Shown piece by piece: positions 57,858-64,000 of a DNA stretch of 64,000 nt. Numbering within the stretch: the stretch's first letter is position 1; each line of letters begins with the position of its first letter. The notes beneath the pieces were generated by a model, which saw only the letters and a program-made list of their open reading frames with translations, was not told the origin of the DNA and ran no database searches. Both the position numbers and the translations under genes were made by a program. This DNA comes from an uncultured Oscillospiraceae bacterium (lineage in GTDB: Bacteria; Bacillota; Clostridia; Christensenellales; CAG-138): the NCBI GenBank assembly GCA_964437665.1, contig CAYTHS010000003.1, forward strand, positions 205 through 64,204, given 5' to 3'.

Positions 57858-59207
57858 ATGGCGCGAAAGCATACGGCGCTGATCGTCGGCATGGCGAAAA
57901 GCGGAATCGGCGCGGCAAAACTGCTCTTTAAAAGCGGCTGGCGCGTGATCGTCAACGATAAAAAGCCGGAGATTCCCGGCCTGGCCGAAGCGCTGCGCGG
58001 GATAACCGCCGAATACCGGTTGGGCGAGCGCCCGGAAACGCTGCTCGACGGCGTGGAGCTGATGGTGATCAGCCCCATCATCCCGATGAGCGTTCCGTTC
58101 GTGATCGAGGCCAAACGGCGCGGCATGGAGGTCGTCAGCGAAATCGAGCTGGGGTACCGCTACAGCCATGCGGATTTCGTCTGCATCACGGGCACCAACG
58201 GCAAGACCACCTGCACCGCGCTGACGGGCGAAATGTTCATTGCCGGCGGGCGGCACACGTTCGTGCTCGGCAACATCGGCGTGCCGATCACCGAGCACGC
58301 GCTCGAAACCAGGGAAGGCGACGTGGTCGTCGCCGAGACCGCCGGGCTTCAGCTCGAAGGCAACGTGCGCTTCCATGCGCGCGCGGCGGGCGTTTGCAAC
58401 ATCACGGAAGACCATCTCGACCACTTCGGCACCATGGAAAACTATATTGCCGCCAAGTGCAAGATTTTTGACAACCAGACGGAAAACGATGTGGCGGTGC
58501 TCAACTACGACGATCCGGTCGTGCGCGGCATGGCGCGGCTTACGCCCGCGAAAGTCTATTACTTTTCGCGCGAAAGCGAAGTGCCGCGCGGGCTGTTTTT
58601 GCGCGGAAACACCGTGATCTACCGGGACGAAAACGGCGAATGGCCGCTGATTGAAACGAACGAAATCCGTATCCCCGGCGGGCATAACCTCGAAAACGCG
58701 ATGCTTTCTTCTCTGCTCGCGCTCGGGATGGGAATCAGCGAAGACGCGGTGCGTAAGGCGCTGCGCGCATTCCCCGGCGTGGAACACCGCATCGAGTTCG
58801 TGCGCGAATTTGGCGGCGTTGCATACATCAACGACTCCAAGGGGACGAATCCGGACAGCACGATCAAGGCCGTACAGGCCATGACGCGGCCGACGGTGCT
58901 CATTCTCGGCGGGTTCGACAAGCACAGCGATTTTCACGAACTGTTTTCGCATTTTCCGGGCAGCGAGGTCAAGGCGGCGGTCGTGCTCGGCGAAACGAAG
59001 GAGAAGATTCTGCAGACCGCGGCGGACGCGGGGCTTTCCGGCCTCTGCCGCACGGCGGACGCCTTCGAAGAGGCCGTGCTGCTTGCGCGCTCGCTGGCCG
59101 AACCCGGCGACGCGGTGCTGCTTTCGCCCGCGTGTGCAAGCTGGGACATGTTCGATAACTTCGAGCAGCGCGGGGACGTGTTCAAAGAGATTGTCAACGA
59201 ATTTTAA
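57858..59207 (+). CDS. murD: UDP-N-acetylmuramoylalanine-D-glutamate ligase
   Basis: GMAKSGIGAAKLL Rossmann N-terminus and ITGTNGKTT P-loop. Confidence 0.92.
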   Translation: MARKHTALIVGMAKSGIGAAKLLFKSGWRVIVNDKKPEIPGLAEALRGITAEYRLGERPETLLDGVELMVISPIIPMSVPFVIEAKRRGMEVVSEIELGYRYSHADFVCITGTNGKTTCTALTGEMFIAGGRHTFVLGNIGVPITEHALETREGDVVVAETAGLQLEGNVRFHARAAGVCNITEDHLDHFGTMENYIAAKCKIFDNQTENDVAVLNYDDPVVRGMARLTPAKVYYFSRESEVPRGLFLRGNTVIYRDENGEWPLIETNEIRIPGGHNLENAMLSSLLALGMGISEDAVRKALRAFPGVEHRIEFVREFGGVAYINDSKGTNPDSTIKAVQAMTRPTVLILGGFDKHSDFHELFSHFPGSEVKAAVVLGETKEKILQTAADAGLSGLCRTADAFEEAVLLARSLAEPGDAVLLSPACASWDMFDNFEQRGDVFKEIVNEF

Positions 59208-59217
59208 CGGACATAAT

Positions 59218-59452
59218 AAAACGCCCAAGGGGGCGTTTGAGGCCGCCCCAAAACCAGTTTTTTGACGGGACAACCGTTCTTTGCCTCTCGTCCTTCGGAC
59301 TCCCGAGCGGCAAAGAACACAGAGAAATCGCCCGTTCCGGGCGATCCGTTGCGCCGGATAAACCGGCACAGCCGGAATATGCGGGTTAAGGGTTACGACC
59401 CTTAACAATCCCAGGGGCTTTTTTGACAGGCTGAAACGCCCAAGGGGGCGTT
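59218..59452 (+). mobile_element. hairpin-rich repeat element copy B (core about 59238-59433), flanked by a 19-bp direct duplication of the murD terminator hairpin
   Basis: AAACGCCCAAGGGGGCGTT is present at 59218-59236 and 59434-59452. The core is homologous to 27138-27333. Confidence 0.8.
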
Positions 59453-59473
59453 ATTTGTTTGGATATAAGCGGG

Positions 59474-59600
59474 GGCGCATTGGAGGCTCCGCCTCCAAAC
59501 CACGGCTTAGAGCCCGGACGGTCCTTAGAACCCGCTTTTTTGAAAAGAGGGATTCCCAAGGGATTCGTCCCTTGGGCGGGGTGCAGGGGAGCCCCTTGCA
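59474..59600 (+). repeat. intergenic repeat family 3, copy downstream of murD
   Basis: Aligns to the reverse complement of 45562-45695. Contains the perfect hairpin CCCAAGGGA-TTCG-TCCCTTGGG. Confidence 0.65.
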
Positions 59601-59618
59601 AAGCCCTTCAATTTCACT

Positions 59619-60179
59619 CTACTCGTTTATAATCTCGATCTGGCAGGGTTTCATGGCCGCGAGCGCCGTTTTGTGTCCATCCGGGGTCGCGCCCGCGCAG
59701 GCCGCCGCGTCCACGGTGATCTGCGCTTCCGGATAAAACGCCTTGAGCAGCAGCGCGTTGCTGATCACGCAGATGTCCGTGCAGAGCCCCACCAGCGTGA
59801 TTTCGTCCGGCTCCGCACCGTCGAGCATCTCGTGGATGCGCATTGGCAGACTCACGCCGCCGAACGTGTCTTTTGCGATCATGTGCTGATTGTCGGCGAC
59901 GTTTTTGTCCGTCAGCGCTTTCCAGACGGCGGGAGCGGGCGCCCAGCCGTCCGTGCCTGCGATACAGTGCTGCACGGGCAGCTTTCGGCCTTCCTGCGTT
60001 TCGAGGTATTTTTCGGTGTGCGTGTCCAGCGTGTAGAGGATCAGCCCGTTGAAGCTCAGGATATGCTTCACGACGCTGTCCACGATGGCCTGTGCCTCGC
60101 TCGTGCCGAGTGTGCCCGTGATGAAGTCGTTTTGCATATCGACCACGACGAGGACGTTTTTATTTGCGCTTTGTTCCAT
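59619..60179 (-). CDS. isochorismatase-family cysteine hydrolase (nicotinamidase-like)
   Basis: VVDMQNDF and GLCTDICV catalytic motifs. Confidence 0.8.
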   Translation of the reverse strand: MEQSANKNVLVVVDMQNDFITGTLGTSEAQAIVDSVVKHILSFNGLILYTLDTHTEKYLETQEGRKLPVQHCIAGTDGWAPAPAVWKALTDKNVADNQHMIAKDTFGGVSLPMRIHEMLDGAEPDEITLVGLCTDICVISNALLLKAFYPEAQITVDAAACAGATPDGHKTALAAMKPCQIEIINE

Positions 60180-60245
60180 ATCGGTTCTCCTTTATTGTTC
60201 CGGTTGCTCGGTTACGCTATTTATTGAAAAATTTTAGGCGGCGCG

Positions 60246-60998
60246 TCAGCTCTGCGGCATCGCCCCCGAAACGACGTATAAAAGCACGCCCGCCGCGACG
60301 GCGGCATTGAGCGATTCCGCCCTTCCGCGCATGGGCAGGCGGTACGGCACGCAGAGCGCCGCGACCTCGGCTGACACGCCACCGCCCTCGCTGCCGATGA
60401 CCAGCGCGACATTTTTGTTGAGCGCGGGCAGCGTCTCGCTCCCGGAAAGGTCGCCGCAGAGCGGTAAAAATCCCTGTTTTTTCAGTTTGGGCAGTTCCGC
60501 GGCAAGCTCGCCCTGCCAAACGGGCAGGTGATAGGTCGAGCCCATCGCTGCGCGGAGCGTCTTTGGCGCGTAAGGATCGGCGCACGCCGGCGAAAGAAGC
60601 AGACCGCAGGCGCCGAACGCGTCCGCCGCGCGGAGGATCGTCCCGGCGTTGCCGGGATCCTGCACGCCGTCGAGCAGGACGAGCAATCCATCCGGGTACA
60701 TTTCCGGCGGTTCGGAGGAAGGCGTTTCGACGACGGCGGCTACTCCCTGCGGCGTTCGGCTTTCGCAGAGCGATTCCAGCACGCTGCGCGAAACGGTCAG
60801 CGTCTCCGCGCCAGCTGCTGCTTCAAACGGCATGCCGTCCACGACAAAGAGCGTTTTGACGCGTGCGCCGGAAACGAGCGCCTCGTGAACGAGCTTATCA
60901 CTTTCGATGAGGTGCAGGCCGGTTTTCTTGCGCTCTTTATGCAAAAAGAGCTTGCGCGCCTGTTTGACGCGTTCGTTGGAACGGCTTTCGATGACCAT
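60246..60998 (-). CDS. TrmH/SpoU family RNA 2'-O-methyltransferase
   Basis: N-terminal substrate-binding domain plus SpoU motifs (GNAGTILR, VIGSEGGGVS, ESLNAAVAAG). Confidence 0.82.
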   Translation of the reverse strand: MVIESRSNERVKQARKLFLHKERKKTGLHLIESDKLVHEALVSGARVKTLFVVDGMPFEAAAGAETLTVSRSVLESLCESRTPQGVAAVVETPSSEPPEMYPDGLLVLLDGVQDPGNAGTILRAADAFGACGLLLSPACADPYAPKTLRAAMGSTYHLPVWQGELAAELPKLKKQGFLPLCGDLSGSETLPALNKNVALVIGSEGGGVSAEVAALCVPYRLPMRGRAESLNAAVAAGVLLYVVSGAMPQS

Positions 60999-61030
60999 GC
61001 GCTGTGCTGCTCCTTAAAAACGGTTTTCGT

Positions 61031-61594
61031 TCAGTCTGCCTGATTCGCGCCCTGCGCGCGGTGTGCAAGCCACTCCTGCCGGGTAAGCGAGTAGATCGCT
61101 TCGTCGAAAAGCTGCCCGTCGTAGCGCAGGAACGCGCTGCGGAGGATGCCCTCGCGCACAAAGCCGCACTTCTCGATTACGCGGCGCGAACGGTCGTTGA
61201 ACGTATAATGTGAAACGCTCAGCAAACGCAGGTTTGCTTCGGTGAACGCGTACTCGCTGGCACGCTTCACCGCCTCGCTCATATAGCCGCGGCCCCAGCA
61301 GTCGCGAGAAAGCACATAGCCGAACGTCCGCACGTCCGGAAGGTTGCGCCACTTGTCTTTGTGGAGGCCGAGCGATCCGATCACGCGGCGGTCGCTTTTG
61401 CGCTCGATCGCCCAGACGTTGTCCTCGGAGAGGAACATGCGGATGATCGCCAGCGACTCGGCGCGGGTTTCATGCGGTTTCCAGCCTGCGGGAGGGCCGA
61501 CCTCGGGGTCGGACGCGTAGCGGAAGAGGTCGTCCGTGTCCAGCTCGGTAAAATTACGCAGGACCAGGCGGTCGGATTCGAGGGTCTGCATCAC
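61031..61594 (-). CDS. GNAT family N-acetyltransferase (RimJ/RimL-like)
   Basis: LVLRNFTELD N-terminus and WGRGYMSEA acetyl-CoA motif. Confidence 0.8.
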   Translation of the reverse strand: MMQTLESDRLVLRNFTELDTDDLFRYASDPEVGPPAGWKPHETRAESLAIIRMFLSEDNVWAIERKSDRRVIGSLGLHKDKWRNLPDVRTFGYVLSRDCWGRGYMSEAVKRASEYAFTEANLRLLSVSHYTFNDRSRRVIEKCGFVREGILRSAFLRYDGQLFDEAIYSLTRQEWLAHRAQGANQAD

Positions 61595-61686
61595 ACATTT
61601 GCTCCTGTCGCGGTTTCTTTACAGTATAGCATATTTGTGCGGCGGCGCGTGCGGGACGACCACAATCCGGCGTACAGGGGAAAATG

Positions 61687-61722
61687 AAAAACGGAACACC
61701 GTCAACGATGCTCCGTTTTCTT
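61687..61722 (-). terminator. terminator after rplT
   Basis: Minus strand: AACGGAGCA..loop..TGTTCCGTT followed by TTTCATTTT. Confidence 0.6.
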
Positions 61723-61737
61723 TCGTTCGTGCGCTGA

Positions 61738-62094
61738 TTATGCGCGCGCCTTGTCGGCAACGTCCACGAGCGCTTTGAAGGCGTTCATGTCGCTCACGGC
61801 GAGGTCGGCGAGGACCTTGCGGTTGATATCGACGCCTGCGAGCTTCAACCCGTTGATCAGGCGGCTGTAAGTGGTGCCGCACATCCGTGCGCCGGCGTTG
61901 ATGCGGGCGATCCAGAGACGCCGGTATTCGCGCTTTTTGAGTTTGCGTCCGACGTACGCGTACGCCATGGATTTCATGACCTGCTGCGAAGCGGCACGGT
62001 ACTGCTTGCTCTTTGCACCGTAATAACCTTTGGCGAGCCGCAGGACTTTGCGGCGTTTCTTCACGGCGTTGACTGCTCTTTTAATTCTGGCCAT
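61738..62094 (-). CDS. rplT: 50S ribosomal protein L20
   Basis: [26 protein letters not shown]. Confidence 0.97.
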   Translation of the reverse strand: MARIKRAVNAVKKRRKVLRLAKGYYGAKSKQYRAASQQVMKSMAYAYVGRKLKKREYRRLWIARINAGARMCGTTYSRLINGLKLAGVDINRKVLADLAVSDMNAFKALVDVADKARA

Positions 62095-62107
62095 TTTTCT
62101 TTCCTCC

Positions 62108-62305
62108 TCAGCTGTACGGGATCAGTTTGCGGATCTTTTTCTCTTCGCAGTCGGCGATATAGCCGGTCTGCCGGAGTCCGCGCAGCCGCTTGGTGGACTT
62201 CTTGGTCAGAATATGGCTTTTATAGGCCTTGTTCCGCTTGATCTTGCCGGACTTTGTCGTGGAGAAGCGTTTGGCCGCTCCGCGATGGGATTTTAATTTT
62301 GGCAT
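62108..62305 (-). CDS. rpmI: 50S ribosomal protein L35
   Basis: [24 protein letters not shown]. Confidence 0.97.
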   Translation of the reverse strand: MPKLKSHRGAAKRFSTTKSGKIKRNKAYKSHILTKKSTKRLRGLRQTGYIADCEEKKIRKLIPYS

Positions 62306-62335
62306 AATGTCGGTTCCTCCTGGTATTTCTTTGCG

Positions 62336-62860
62336 TTACTTCTTAATTTCGCTCTTGGGAGCGAGGATCATAAACATGCTGCGGCCTTCCATCTTAGGCA
62401 TCCGTTCCTTGACGGCGCTTTCGGCGACCATTTCAAAGAAACGGTTCATCACGTCCCGGCCGATCTCGTTATGCGTGATCTGGCGGCCGCGGAAACGGAT
62501 GGAGACCTTGACCTTGTTGCCGTCCGCAAGGAACTTAAGGCAGTTTCTCGCCTTGATTTCCATGTCCCGCACGTCTATGGTAGCGGACAGCCGGATTTCC
62601 TTAAGCTCGATGATCTTCTGGTTTTTGCGCTGTTCCTTTTCGCGTTTGCTCATTTCAAAACGGTACTTGCCGTAATCCATGAGCTTGCAGACGGGCGGCC
62701 TGCTGTTGGGCGCGATCTTTACCAGATCCAACTCCCGTTCGTCCGCCAGTTTCTGCGCGTCCCGGACGTCCATGATGCCGAGCTGGCCGCCTTTTTCGTC
62801 GATCAGACGGACCTGCGGGTCACGGATTTCTTCGTTGATCATCAATTCCGCGATAGCGAT
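62336..62860 (-). CDS. infC: translation initiation factor IF-3, probable non-AUG (AUC) start
   Basis: INEEIRDPQVRLID.. IF-3 sequence. GGAGGTG RBS 7 nt upstream of ATC at 62860. The long ORF-track extension covers the leader. Confidence 0.9.
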   Translation of the reverse strand: MAIAELMINEEIRDPQVRLIDEKGGQLGIMDVRDAQKLADERELDLVKIAPNSRPPVCKLMDYGKYRFEMSKREKEQRKNQKIIELKEIRLSATIDVRDMEIKARNCLKFLADGNKVKVSIRFRGRQITHNEIGRDVMNRFFEMVAESAVKERMPKMEGRSMFMILAPKSEIKK

Positions 62861-63000
62861 GAGAGAACACCTCCGTAAAAAAAATAGTGGGCGCAAGCCA
62901 TGCTGCGCCCACGGGAACGATCGTTGCAAAGAACAAAGGTTTGTTGCTACCGTGCCTGGCAATCGCCGGCAGGTGAGAAGCGGGCGCTTCTGCTTGAACA
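62861..63000 (-). promoter_or_regulatory. L20-leader-type attenuator of the infC-rpmI-rplT operon
   Basis: About 140-nt leader ending in the terminator GTGGGCGCAGCATGGCTTGCGCCCAC followed by TATTTTTTT (plus-strand 62874-62912), just before the infC RBS. Confidence 0.7.
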
Positions 63001-63005
63001 GACAC

Positions 63006-63034
63006 ATTATATGGGTTAACGGCCCGTATGTCAA
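63006..63034 (-). promoter_or_regulatory. consensus sigmaA promoter of the infC operon (TTGACA-17-TATAAT)
   Basis: Plus-strand ATTATA at 63006-63011 and TGTCAA at 63029-63034. Confidence 0.8.
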
Positions 63035-63076
63035 GCGTTTCTCGCCCGCTTTACGCGGATTTTACACGTGCCGGGG

Positions 63077-64000
63077 TCAGTCGTCCGCGCCTTCAAACGC
63101 TTCGAGCTTGTCCTTCGGCGCGCCCGGCTTGCTGTCGCCGTACTTGGTCAGCGCGACGGGGATGATGGCGAGCGCAACGAAAAACGCCGCGTAAGGGAAG
63201 AGCGAATTGTAACCCACATACTGCAGCAGGTAACCGGAAACGATAGGGGTTACGATCTGTGCCGCCATGGAGCAGGTGTAGTAATAACCGGTGTATTTGC
63301 CGACGTTGCCGTAGCGCGAAATCTCCCAGACCATCGGGAAGGTGTTGACCGTGACGGCAGCCTGCGCAAAGCCGACCGCCGCGAACATCACATACAGCGC
63401 GAGCGAGAAGGTCTGCGCATAGAATGCGCCAAAGGCGAAGCACGCCGCGGCGACGATCAAGCCGATGATAATGGTCTTTTTACGGCCGATGCGCGACGCA
63501 AGGAAGCCGATCGGCATATAAGAAATGATGGCAGCCGCAGTCGCCACGAGCAGGCAGTTGGATACGTGTTCAAGCCCGGACGCCCACATTTTGGTTGCGA
63601 ATTTACTGAACGCGGTGGTCACGGCGTTGTAGCCGAAGAACCAGAGCGTGATGGTCGCGAGGATCAATATCAGGCTCCTGCGCACGGCCGGAGGGAGCTT
63701 TTGTTTGCCGTCGACCTCGATGGATTTGCTCTGGTCCTCCTCCTGGGAGACGCCGTAGTTGATGTCTCGCATCTCTTGGACGAACTTATGCTCCGGCACC
63801 GTGAACACCACCGTGAGCGCGGCGATCAGCATGAGCACGCCGACCGCGAGGAAAAGGTAGAGGTATTCGCGCTCGCCCGTGACGTTCTCCTGAACGAGCA
63901 GGTTGATCGCTACAAGCGAAAACGCGCCGCCGACCGCGCCCATCAGGTTAATGACCGCGTTGCCTTTGCTGCGCAGAGGCTTTGGCGTTACGTCAGGCAT
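63077..64000 (-). CDS. MFS transporter (GPH/sugar-cation symporter-like), N-terminus outside the window
   Basis: Multi-TM C-terminal half with an MFS-like loop (SRIGRKKTII). The ORF runs off the window edge. Confidence 0.7.
   Translation of the reverse strand: MPDVTPKPLRSKGNAVINLMGAVGGAFSLVAINLLVQENVTGEREYLYLFLAVGVLMLIAALTVVFTVPEHKFVQEMRDINYGVSQEEDQSKSIEVDGKQKLPPAVRRSLILILATITLWFFGYNAVTTAFSKFATKMWASGLEHVSNCLLVATAAAIISYMPIGFLASRIGRKKTIIIGLIVAAACFAFGAFYAQTFSLALYVMFAAVGFAQAAVTVNTFPMVWEISRYGNVGKYTGYYYTCSMAAQIVTPIVSGYLLQYVGYNSLFPYAAFFVALAIIPVALTKYGDSKPGAPKDKLEAFEGADD

Overview
High-GC (roughly 60% by eye, not computed) Firmicutes/Clostridia-type chromosomal segment, almost entirely housekeeping. 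Recognisable blocks: glycogen operon glgB-glgC-glgD-glgA (+, 2.9-8.9 kb); birA-bioY; two ABC exporter modules, one with a TetR regulator; ferritin, a Rieske protein and DUF2892; a complete pyrimidine operon pyrB-I-C-F-K-D-E (-, 35.4-29.7 kb) with a leader attenuator; tRNA-Thr(CGU) and tRNA-Pro(CGG); an acyl-CoA-synthetase / CAT-fold acyltransferase-like / large membrane protein operon; a type IIA topoisomerase pair that looks like parE-parC; a division/cell-wall cluster mraZ-rsmH-ftsL-pbp-murE-(gap)-mraY-murD; and infC-rpmI-rplT with its L20 leader. No rRNA, CRISPR array, prophage, integrase, transposase or recognisable defence system is visible. The unusual content is non-coding. (1) A 162-bp MITE with terminal inverted repeats and TA flanks occurs in 4 copies. 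(2) A roughly 195-bp hairpin-rich element occurs in 2 copies, each inserted at an intrinsic terminator and flanked by a direct duplication of that whole terminator hairpin, with compensatory base changes between copies. (3) A third, roughly 125-bp repeat occurs in the parC 3' region and downstream of murD. There are also two small AT-rich islets (an ORFan membrane protein; an ATP-grasp amidoligase plus a frameshifted DUF2500-like gene beside the tRNAs) and several conserved-but-uncharacterised gene clusters. Long ORFs antisense to real genes are treated as high-GC shadow ORFs. All family names come from motif recognition by eye; no database search was run.
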